A stretch of DNA of 37,179 bases from Catajapyx aquilonaris. Taxonomy: Eukaryota. Below are positions 1-9,659 of this stretch, in pieces. The translations under genes were made by a program, and so were the position numbers. The stretch covers positions 1-37,179 of the forward strand of contig JYFJ02003827.1 in assembly GCA_000934665.2 (NCBI GenBank). The letters are read 5' to 3'. The stretch's first letter is position 1; the number at the start of each line of letters is the position of its first letter. Below the pieces are notes generated by a model. It did no database searches. It was not told where the DNA came from and saw only the letters and a list, made by a program, of their open reading frames with translations.

Positions 1-1147
1 TCACCACAGCCTCCGGGGCGTAGCCGGCTCTTATTTCCAACACCCACTTGCTCTCGGGGGCCTCTCCAAATAACAAACAGTCGTATTTCCTTCACAGGTG
101 GAGGAACTGGGGGGGACAGTTGTAAGGTGGGGGGAGATGATGCGTACTTCTAAATCAGGAGCACGCCATTTTTTAAAAAACGCATGTCAACGACCCTGCA
201 CGATTTGGCAAAGCGAAATCAAAACTTCCTTTCAATCAATAGGAAAGTGTGGTTGGAAATAGAGCAGGGGGGGAGGGGGAGGGGGTTGGTGTCTTTTGAT
301 GGAATTGGGGGAGTGATCTCCCAGGCATTAGGACCCCCCAAAAATTGGCCACGATTTTGGCAACACCGGGGGCGCCCCCATCTGTTTCGGACTCCCCGTA
401 TAAACTTGCAGCTTCTGCCAAAATTGTCCATTGGTAAAAAGAGGCCTACTATCTGCAGTTGGCAAAAGGGGATTCAAGTCCGGCGAGTTAGGGGTTGAGG
501 GTAGCAGAGCGGAGCCAAGCCGTTGACAGCGTCGTGGCAGCGTTGCCAAGAGTCGGGGCGCCGTCATGAAAAATGACTGCAGCACCCCCCCGAGGCCATG
601 GTTGCCAAATTTCCTGCCAACCCCTTTTCCATACACACCCCCTCCAGCTCGCGCACCAAAACTGCCTCTGGAGAATGCTGCATCAAAACCGTGCTTCCAA
701 AAATCTCACCGCCATTTTTTAATATATTTTTTTGCAGGTTCCTTGTCCATGCTCCCAGGACCGATTTATAGTCGGCAAGCTGATGACGTGATAAGACACG
801 TACGGTTTATGGTATGACGTGCTGGGTTATCGTGGGGGAATCTACAAGTTAATTTTGTGGCACGTTCGCGGTTTTTTGGGCATTGCTTGGGTCTTTTGTC
901 GTGCTAGAGCGGAATTTACGGTAGGGTCTAATTTGATTTCGTGGTTTGCATGCGTTGACACACATGTCTCAATTCCAGATGGCTGTTAGCTGTGTGCGTG
1001 CATGACAAGTTCGTTGACCATATGGTGTTTCAGGCAAGGGGCAATATGGCCTGTGTTGTCCATAATAATGAGTTATTAGCAGGAGGAATCGGGGTGTGCA
1101 GTTTTATTCGTATGGTACATGTGATGCGACAGTAAGGGGACACTTAC

Positions 1148-1361
1148 CGCGCTTAGCGTTGTTGCTGACGGCCATCTTGGAAGATTGTCCGGCGCCGTCG
1201 GCGGCGCCAGTTTGGTGACCCAGAGCGCCGGTCGGCGTGCTGAACGGTACCCCCGCGTTGGAGGACGTCGTGGAGGCGGGAGAAGAAGATGCGACGACAA
1301 GGAAAGGCGCCGCCATCAGGGTGGCCAGAGTTAGCAGCAGCAGCAGCGTCGTCGAGTCCAT
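1148..1361 (-). CDS. First coding exon of an unidentified secreted or type-I membrane protein (signal peptide plus S/T/G/A-rich linker); gene continues off the left edge
   Basis: Strong Kozak gccATGG at 1361-1359. Translates MDSTTLLLLLTLATLMAAPFLVVASSSPAS...SKMAVSNNAKR (71 codons + 1 nt) with a hydrophobic signal-like N-terminus. Ends at a perfect G|GTAAGT donor (phase 1). No downstream exon recognised in 1-1147. Confidence 0.7.
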
Positions 1362-2099
1362 GGCGACCACGGCGTCGGCGACGGCGGCAGAAAATGTGCT
1401 GCTGCTGCTGCTGCTGCTTCCTGCACCCGCACCCACACCGCGACCGCGACCGCGACCGCAACCGCACCCGCGCCAGCACCCACCCTATTGATGATACCCG
1501 ACGACTCATGGGCCGACCCCCGCCATCATGGGAAAAATTATTCTTGCAGGTGTCGTCTCTTAGGGTCGACTTCTCTAGGGGGAGGCCACTGCACTTGCCG
1601 CTCTCAAACCACCAAACTTTGCTCCTCCTAAAGAACAACTCTGAATCAAATTTGGGCGGCACAGGGGCGGGGCAATAGACTTGCCCGATGGGATGACTCA
1701 CTTGCCACTACTTGTAACAACAACAACAGCCGGGGCCTGCTTCCTCCATAGCCGGGGTTTTTTGATCAGGCGGCGACGGTGTTGTCGTCGGCGGCGACGC
1801 CCCTCCGACGCCCGCGACGCTCCCCCCTAAAGCTCTCCCGCGCCCTCATCGCATCACAGCTCTCGCCCCGCGACTCTCTTTCTTTTCCCACCCTACCCCT
1901 TTCCTCTCTCCCGGTTTTGCCCCCCAACCCAACCCACCTTCCACACCCCGAGCCTCCCAAAACTCAGCCTCTCTCTCTGGCTCGCTCGATCCGGCTATCG
2001 ACCCGCGCATGTCCCCCTCGACGCCGACGCTCGGGATGCCCCATGGCACACACCTCTCTCGCTCTCTCTCCCCATCCGTGATTCACTTTACCCTCCTCT

Positions 2100-2250
2100 T
2101 TCCTGAATCACACAGGAATATCAAAGATGGCCGACGGATGTAGTCAAATGCGGGTCTGGTCATTGACTTTATATGTCAAATGACGTCATGTATCGATAAT
2201 ATCGATGCGGGTCATTAATATCGATGCTGTGATGACGTAGCGTTTGAGAC
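2100..2250. promoter_or_regulatory. Bidirectional housekeeping-type promoter between the - strand gene and ELP2
   Basis: Perfect DRE TATCGATA at 2191-2198 and two near-DREs TATCGATG at 2200-2207 and 2219-2226. CRE palindrome TGACGTCA at 2181-2188 and YY1-like AAGATGGCCG at 2124-2133. CpG-rich, and lies between divergent start codons at 1361 (-) and 2281 (+). Confidence 0.7.
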
Positions 2251-2280
2251 ATGGCGGCGGCAACGAGGCGCTGAAGCAAC

Positions 2281-2403
2281 ATGGCCGTTGAAACGAGCTA
2301 CATTTCGGTGGGATGCAACCCCGTGCCTCACGCCCTGGACTGGGGCAGGAACGGATTGGTGTGCTTTGGGGCCGCCACTGGGATTGCCATATACGATCCT
2401 GAT
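2281..2403 (+). CDS. ELP2: ELP2 coding exon 1 ([41 protein letters not shown])
   Basis: aacATGG start, ELP2-like N-terminus, GAT|GTAAGG donor in phase 0. Not in the ORF track because it is too short. Confidence 0.9.
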
Positions 2404-5400
2404 GTAAGGAGGGGTTGCAGGAGATTGGAGTTATGAGGCTGCAAGTGTAGAGCACATGGTTCCTTGTGGGCATTACTGTAGCTGCATCATTGGGTTAGGG
2501 TTCTTAAAATGCAGTTGCTGGGGTTGGTGCTTGTGGCATGACGTGCTTGTAAATGGGCAAAAGTAGGGCGTGTTATAAGGACCCCACAGATGTCAAATGG
2601 TTAATCAAAGTACGCCATGTGTTTCTCACGTGGCTGTTTGAATAATAATATTTGCATGAAAGAGACTTGCCCCTGGGTTAGTATAATACATAAGATTACT
2701 GACTGATTGAGAAAAAAAAATGCGTTCATTTCATGCCTTATAATGTATTGTTGCTAGCTGTTTTTTGCTTGTGGGTTGATTTATTGGATGAGAGCTTCAG
2801 TGTGACAGGTCCTGTAGAGTATCAACTTGTTTATGATACATATTGGCATTCCAGAGAAGATGCAATCTTCCCATGCCATGACCAATCATATCCTACTTTT
2901 TTCCCACATATGGCCGTGTTTACATGTAAGTGATTTATCAGCAATGTTGCAGTGATGTACATCGCTGGTAAATTGCTTGCTTGTAAATACGGCTGAAGTT
3001 TGTTAAGAATGGACAAATCAGGTTACTTGATTATAGGGGACCCAGCCGAAAGTGGGCTCTACACAGGCGGTCCGACTCGGAGGCATCGGACACCCTCTTC
3101 AGACAGAGGTCTGCTGTTCGATGTTCGAAGGTGGGGGGACACGATCTTGTGGAGGGGGGGTGGAGGGTGGGGGACAAGTTTGTTTACTATGTTTAGGTGA
3201 AGGTGAAGGTGGTGTCGGGGGCAGTGAGTTCGACAAGAAGACCCCACTAGCCAATCAGAGAGCAGGGATGAGTCGAACAGTGATTCACACAGTCAATCCA
3301 ACGTTTTGCCCTGCCCACTCTCCCTTTTCCGACCTGCCTAGGTGACTTGAGCTGGCCTCCCTAGCTCCGACGTCAGATCCAACACGGAATTCCATTTACC
3401 CAGAAGGTCCGATGGTCGAATCAGGTCGGAGTCGGACCAACTGTGTAGAGCCCATTTAACCTGACTGTGACGTCATCATATTGCCATGATATTGCTTAGC
3501 AACTCCTAGTCAACGGAAATCTGCCAAACAGTCCTCGGAAACCTCCCACTTTTCCTGTTTCTATGGCAATGCCTTCACGCAACAATAAGAGTAAACAGTG
3601 TTGATGTTTATGCCTTTTGTTGTGTACTTAGAAACAGAAAAGTGGGAGGTTCCAGATGTGTGTTCGGCAGATTTCCATTGGCTAGGAGTTGCTGAGCGTT
3701 ATGATGAACTTCACTGGCAGGTTAAGCTGGGTTCCCTATATTAGTGATCACTCATGTTCAAGCTTCATCACCAGTAGGCCATAGTCTTATCATTTGAACA
3801 GGCATTTTGCTAGTCTTTGTATTATCAGCAGCATCACTGTTTTGTAACTGCCATCATTACAGATGTGCTGTCACTGAGCAATGCACATACCTGTACCATC
3901 TGCACACACTTGCAATAGGAATATGTTAAAGTTGTCTGAAAGTTGTGTGGCATATGCTGCTTATGAGATGTCATTGATTAGTTATTTAATATACAGTAAC
4001 TGTCTTTTGCTCTTGTGAACCTGCACCCATTCTTTTCCTTATTGCACACATTTGTGCACATTGCATCATGACAGTTCCCTTGATGGGGTAGTCTGCAATG
4101 ATGAAGGAAATGCAGCTTTATGATATGCAATTCACCTCACCATCTCACATGACCAAGATGATACTCTGAGACACAGTCAGACACCTGTGTAAAAAAAAAA
4201 CTATTCTTGCATTCATAAAACTGTGTAAAGCACATGGATTTTTACACTCTCTGTTTCTGTTTTCAGCATTCCAACGAAGCTGGCAAGATTCTTCACATTC
4301 TTCCAGCCCATACTGCTCGTATTAACAGCGTTCGATGGATGAGCACCCATGACAATCAACCTGAATCATACCTGGTGTCTGCTTCAGTGGACAAAACTGC
4401 ATCGTGTTGGAGTCTTGAGGATGGAAAATTCAAGAAAGTTGCCCGCCTTGAAGGTCACACCGAAGAAGTCACCGTCTCAGATGGCGTGCACCTTGGATCA
4501 TCCATTTTGGTGGCAACTGCAGCCTCAGATTCTACTGTTCGAATCTGGTCTCAATTTGAGTCAGTTCAGGTCATACAGGTGGCGCCTGAATTGGTGCTGG
4601 ATGTTAAGCTTCACATGATATCTGGAACTGTGCTGATGGCTTGTGCTGCATCCGACTGTAAAGTACACCTTTTTGTTGACAACACAGGCTTCAAACGTGT
4701 GGCAACTTTAACTGGACATGAAGACTGGGTTCGAGGAGTAGATTTTGCAATGGAAAATGGAGATATATTGCTGGCAACCTGTGCTCAAGATGCTTTGATT
4801 CGACTATGGCGTCTGACAACTCAGTCACAAACTGGCGGCGATTTGAAGTTACCAGAAATAACTTTTGAAGCTGGTGGTGACACGTGGATTGTGAAATTGG
4901 AGTCTGTTCTTTCAGGCCACGAATCACGTGTGTATGCTGCCAGATGGCTCCATACTCCCAAATTGCAGCTACTTTCAGTGTCTTGGGACAAAAGTGCCAT
5001 ACTTTGGGAACCAGAAGAATCAGGTGTCTGGACAGAGGTGACCCGTATTGGCCAAGTTGGTGGGTCGTCAGGTGGGTTTCTAGGAGGTGCCTGGAACCAA
5101 TCAGGTGCTGTACTACTTCATGGGTTCCAAGGTTCCCTACATTTGTGGCGTCAAGAAGAGAATGACTGGACTGTAGCTGTTGCTCCTAGTGGCCACTTTG
5201 GTCCTGTGTCAGATATTGACTGGAATCCAATGGGTGCATTTTTAATATCTGTTTCTGAGGACCAGACAACTCGGCTGCATGGTTGTTGGAAGAAAGCAGG
5301 CACTTGGCATGAGCTGAGTCGTGTGCAGATCCATGGGCATGATTTAACATGTGTGGCAGGGATATCCAATTGGAAGTTTGCTTCAGGAGGTGAGGAGAAA

Positions 5401-8400
5401 GTAGGAAGGGCCTTTGAGGCACCTAGAAATGCAATTGAGAACCTCTGCAGATTTACTGGAGCCGACTCGGAGAAGGAACTAGTCGGATTCAGTGGGCCTG
5501 AGGGTGCAACTATTCCTAGTCTTGGTCTGTCCAACAAGGCTATATATGAAGGAGGACAGGGTGATGCTGAGTTCACACCAGTTCATTTCAAACGTGAGTA
5601 TGGTTATCAAGGGTGGCATGGCAGTAACTAGAATGGGGGGATTGGGGGCAGCTGTTCTCAACATCAGTGGAGTTGGGCCCTTTGGCACCTGAACGCCTGA
5701 AGCAATGGTTCCTATTGCAAATTTCAGTGATATAGTCATGCCTGTCCATCTGAACACATCATATTTGTAAAGTAGTCCTACAAAGAAAAGTGTGACCAGT
5801 TTTATTTCCATCCTATGTTAATTATTACCATTGAATCCGGATGTAACAGTCTCTGCTATAACAGACTTTCAGCTACAACAGACTTTCGATTATAACAGAC
5901 TGAAAAGGTCCCAGCAAACTTCAATATATGGTTTGTGTGTTCAGCTATGACAGACCTTGGTTATAGCAGATTGATTTCCGCAGTCCCTTGAAGTCTGTTA
6001 TATCCGGATTCAACTGTATTAACATCAATCACAATCTGATCTAAGTCCAGTCAGTTGCCAAAGGGCCCAACTCCTGGAGTAGGCAACGGACTGCGAAGCA
6101 TCACATTAAATTATTTTAAAGTACTTCTAATTGACTTTGCCTTGTCATCTTTACCAGGGACTCCAAGAGTAGGAATCCTCAATAAAACAGTTTTTCGACA
6201 TTTTGGGAGTTGGGCCCTTTGGCAATTGACTTCTTCAATTCTCAACCTTATCGTACACATTGTAGTGACAGTTTTTATAGTAGGCCATTTGGTATCCAAC
6301 GCCTTTCCAAACCAAGCCCTAACTTGCAAGCATGCAGATGTAATTCTACGAAAATTCAGTTAGGCCAAATAGAGTAAATAAGAGTATTATCTCCTACTTG
6401 CCTGGTCAGTAGCATAATCATTGTCACCTGTTAAGTTATTAATACTCCTCAATAATATCCTAAGTAGGGTTTACAGAGTTGATTTTCTGCTATCACATCT
6501 GGAGTATGAAAACTGAATTGATGTGACATGTTATAATTGTTGTGTTTTGTTGGAGTAAGTAATAAAGTGAAGTGAGTCAGTTTTGCAGTTTTGCAGATCA
6601 ATTCTGTGCAGCATGTAGGCCCTATGTCTAGGTTAAACATAGCCACCAGCTGTCAGGTTGGTATGACGTCACTGTAGGATTTGAGAAAGGTACAGTTTCA
6701 ATTTGTTACTCCTGCGAGGACCATGGGGTGGGGAGACTACAAATTAACTCACTGACCTGTGAGTATGGAATAACCCCACTTCATCACAAGGTGATTTTCT
6801 TAAGTGAATTTTAACAAATTAGTTTGTGTTGTTGATGGAATGTGGAAAACTCTATCTGTTATTTTTATGTTTCTTGATTAATTATAGGTGGATGTATGAT
6901 TTAGTTCTTCTCACTTTACCCTTGCTGATTCTTACAGAACCACCCCCAGAAGATCACCTGCTAAGGAATACCCTGTGGCCTGAGGTGCACAAGCTCTATG
7001 GACATGGATATGAACTCATTTGCATGGCTGCCAACCCTACTGGCACACTTTTGGCCACAGCCTGCCGCTCCACTGATCAAGCCAATGCTGAGATCATACT
7101 CTGGTAAGTCTTCGACATTTTGCAGCAAGAGATTGTGAATTGAACTATTTGGACCAAGAAATACTCTTGACATTAAAGCATTGTTGAGAAAAATTATGAG
7201 AGAGTAGGTGCACACATAATTATGTCACAGTTTAGAGGAAGGGGTGAGCAGAAAGAAAACTGTTAAGAATCTCATCATAGCAAGGAGAAACAAACCTGCA
7301 TAAGGCAGTGTTGTATAAAGTCTTTCTTGCAGCTTATAAGGACAGTTTAGTTCACAATGATTCTAGGAAAAATTGCCACTCTGCCCGGTGGATAATCCAT
7401 TAACCCTTAACTAAGTAGGTAGGCGAAACACCTTTAACTACGTAGGTGGAGCCTGAGAGGCTCCAACGGTGTATTTAAATTTCTGCTTATGAACTAAATT
7501 GTTATATTGGACTTTTCACATACAGAATGTGCAGTTCAGATCATTCGGCTTCCGAAAACGTAAAAATCACACGCTGAGTCAGCATATTCTGACGGGGAAA
7601 AATTCTTAATTAAAAGGTTACATCATGCTTGAGCCGCTCAGGCTTCACCTACGAGATATAGAGCCTGAGCGGTTCCTCGTTACGAATTTTTTTAAACCAA
7701 ACAATAGGGACTAAAAAAAAATTTCTTTCCTTTTCATGCTTAGGAAGATTTTTCTGACAAAGTCATGGAAGGACAGTGGAAAATAAAATTCAATGAAAAA
7801 GTTACATGCGTTTAAATAGTGCTCGGAGCCTCTCAGGCTCCACCTACGCAGTTAAGGGTTAAGACTGCGGATTGGAAGTTTTATGATGATTGTGTTACCA
7901 GATATCAGATTTGGAACGTGGGTAATGCTTAAACTTAGACTACAACTAGTTGCTGGACAAGTATACTTGTTTTTAAATATCAGTATTTCTATTACACATA
8001 CATTTTTAAGCTATTGCTAAACATGATTTCGATTGTATTTATCAATCTCTGTTACAACTGTTTAAATTGAATGCTAATATTTACAGGAATGTTTCCACCT
8101 GGGAAATACATGCTCGCTTGCGCCACCACAAGTTGACAGTGACACAGCTAGCCTTTTCCCCATGTAATGCTCACCTCCTGAGTGTCTCTCGAGACAGAAC
8201 ATGGGCATTGTTTTCTACAAATGAGTCTGGTGATTGGAAAACCAGGCTAGTTTCAGGCCAGAAATCCCTCCACACACGAATTATATGGACATGTGCTTGG
8301 ACCTTAGATTCACAGTTCTTTGCGACTGGATCTAGAGATGGAAAAGTAGGTGTATGGAATGCAGACACTGGCACTTTGGCTGGAACTGCAATGGATCTGA

Positions 8401-9659
8401 AGACGTCTGTGACAGCTCTGGATTTTGGACTTTCCACTGGAGATAAATACTTGGTGGCAGTGGGAATGGAAAATGGTGTCATTGGTCTTTATATGTGGAG
8501 TAAGGAGTGTTGGAGCCAAGTCTTCATCATGGACAACCAGTATCCTTTTTGTCATAGTGAGTCAGAAAAATGTAGTATCAAAATAATCTTGAGTAGGCCT
8601 ACTCCATGAATATCAAGAAACAGTGTCAAAATGCATTAATATTGTAACATCTGGGTTAAAAGGAGATGAAATTATGCATGTTAGAAGTATTGATTGTTTG
8701 CATGGTTGACACCATTATTACAACAAAATGTTGTAAGGGTTCAATATTGCCACAAGTTGAGCTCCAAAAGTCGGGAGGAAATCAGTGATTGCAAACTATG
8801 CCATTAGGTGTAAGTGGTAAGACATGATTGTATCATCAATACATTAGCTGCTTTCCTTGCTGCCATCCCTCTATGGCCAGTTGCGCCATTGCATGTTTCA
8901 ATGTTGGTTTTACAAACCTCAAGTTTGTGAACAAACTCAGGTGCAGGTGCAAGAGCAATATATTAGTTTAGCAATGGCCTATTCAGTCAGTTCCCCTGGA
9001 GGTCCAATTTACCACAAATCCCACCCAAGACGAAGTTGGTGGGATCATTAAATGCCGCAGGAGATGAGAGAGAAATCTGAGCTTCAGATTGAGCCTGGAA
9101 CCTTTCTATTTGTGGATGCTTGCATTACTGCTATGCAGTCTGCCTTCTCACTAATATAGTATATTTATTTAGCTATATTCAGAGATTTTATTACTGAGAG
9201 ACCTAGAAATGCTGTGCATTTCTATGTTAGACAGCTTCCATTACATCAGACCAAAATTTGAGGATAGTGAGGATAAAGTAAGGATATACCAGCATTTAAT
9301 AGGTGAAAGGGGGGGAAGACCCTAGCTTCAGATTTAACCTGGAACCCCTCCAACCATGTGTGTGTATGTATGTTACTGCAGGCCACCCTGTAATATTTAG
9401 TGTCTGGCAGTGATCAATATCTGGAAAACAGCCACCTCAAATATTATGCAGAGAATGATGGCTAAAACATGCAACCAAGATGTAAATTTTGAATTTTATG
9501 GGCCCAAATTGGATTATGTTCCTTAATTTGTATCACAGTCTTCGCCATCTTTCAACTGTTAAATGCCTGAAGTTTCGACCCTGTGAAGAAAAAGATGTGG
9601 CACTGCTGGCCAGTTGCAGTACTGATCATTCAGTACGACTCCACACCATCAAACTGTAA
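2281..9659 (+). CDS. ELP2: Elongator complex protein 2 (tandem WD40 propellers), 729 aa; join(2281..2403,4267..5593,6938..7103,8087..8539,9539..9659)
   Basis: ELP2 motifs present: [122 protein letters not shown]. All intron phases are compatible and the total of 2190 nt gives 730 codons. Confidence 0.96.
3032..3740. mobile_element. Fold-back (palindromic) MITE in ELP2 intron 1, interrupted by a second MITE
   Basis: Ends are TATAGGGGACCCAGC (3032-3046) and GCTGGGTTCCCTATA (3726-3740). The left arm resumes at about 3456 (TTAACCTG...) and is complementary over about 110 bp to about 3629-3725. Confidence 0.8.
3053..3454. mobile_element. MITE with about 28-bp imperfect TIRs (PIF/Harbinger-like ends), nested in the left TIR of the fold-back element
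   Basis: TGGGCTCTACACAGgcGGTCCGACTCgGA at 3053 versus TCgGAGTCGGACCaaCTGTGTAGAGCCCA ending at 3454. No clean TSD, so the superfamily is tentative. Confidence 0.75.
4267..5593 (+). CDS. ELP2: ELP2 coding exon 2 (1327 nt)
   Basis: tttctgttttcag| acceptor and C|GTGAGT donor (phase 1). Corresponds to ORF 4234..5631. Confidence 0.95.
5828..6016. mobile_element. Tc1/mariner (pogo/Tigger-like) MITE with TA TSD
   Basis: TA|CCATTGAATCCGGATGTAACAG ... CTGTTATATCCGGATTCAACTG|TA, with internal reiterated ATAACAGAC motifs. Confidence 0.8.
6050..6230. repeat. 25-bp inverted repeat pair (MITE-like), with a third copy at 5669-5692
   Basis: GTCAGTTGCCAAAGGGCCCAACTCC (6050-6074) versus GGAGTTGGGCCCTTTGGCAATTGAC (6206-6230), 1 mismatch. 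GGAGTTGGGCCCTTTGGCA also occurs at 5669. Confidence 0.75.
6938..7103 (+). CDS. ELP2: ELP2 coding exon 3
   Basis: ttcttacag| acceptor, [15 protein letters not shown] motif, TG|GTAAGT donor (phase 2). Confidence 0.95.
7404..7858. mobile_element. piggyBac-like MITE (TTAA TSD, CCC...GGG ends), 455 bp, in ELP2 intron 3
   Basis: TTAA|CCCTTAACT... at 7400-7412 and ...AGTTAAGGG|TTAA at 7850-7862. The TIR core CGTAGGTGGAGCCTGAGAGGCTCC is present at both ends, with internal copies of the motif at about 7631-7674. Confidence 0.85.
8087..8539 (+). CDS. ELP2: ELP2 coding exon 4
   Basis: atttacag| acceptor and WD40 repeats. Ends at the U12-type donor CA|GTATCCTTTT (phase 2). Confidence 0.92.
8540..9538 (+). 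other. ELP2: U12-type (minor spliceosome) GT-AG intron, last intron of ELP2
   Basis: 5' splice site GTATCCTTTT at 8540. U12 branch sequence TTCCTTAAT at 9519-9527, with the branch A about 12 nt before CAG| at 9538. No polypyrimidine tract. Splicing restores the frame into the last WD repeat. Confidence 0.92.
9539..9659 (+). CDS. ELP2: ELP2 last coding exon ([39 protein letters not shown])
   Basis: Terminal WD40 repeat matching the ELP2 C-terminus. TAA at 9657-9659 and AATAAA at 9853-9858. Not in the ORF track. Confidence 0.9.

Noticed and set aside
1153..1701. 182-aa - strand ORF and overlapping + strand ORFs with poly-Q/C/R tracts
   Set aside because: Its start is the GTG of a splice donor, and the tracts are alternative-frame readings of (CAG)n and (CGGTCG)n repeats in a GC-rich leader.
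5151..5576. 141-aa antisense ORF (and similar ones at 8171-8482 and 33652-33867)
   Set aside because: These are shadows of the ELP2 and SNX13 coding strands with no independent signals.
8557..8562. GTGAGT near the U12 donor as a U2/U12 twintron
   Set aside because: It would be phase 1 with the only good acceptor, and no compensating U2 acceptor was found. Treated as cryptic.
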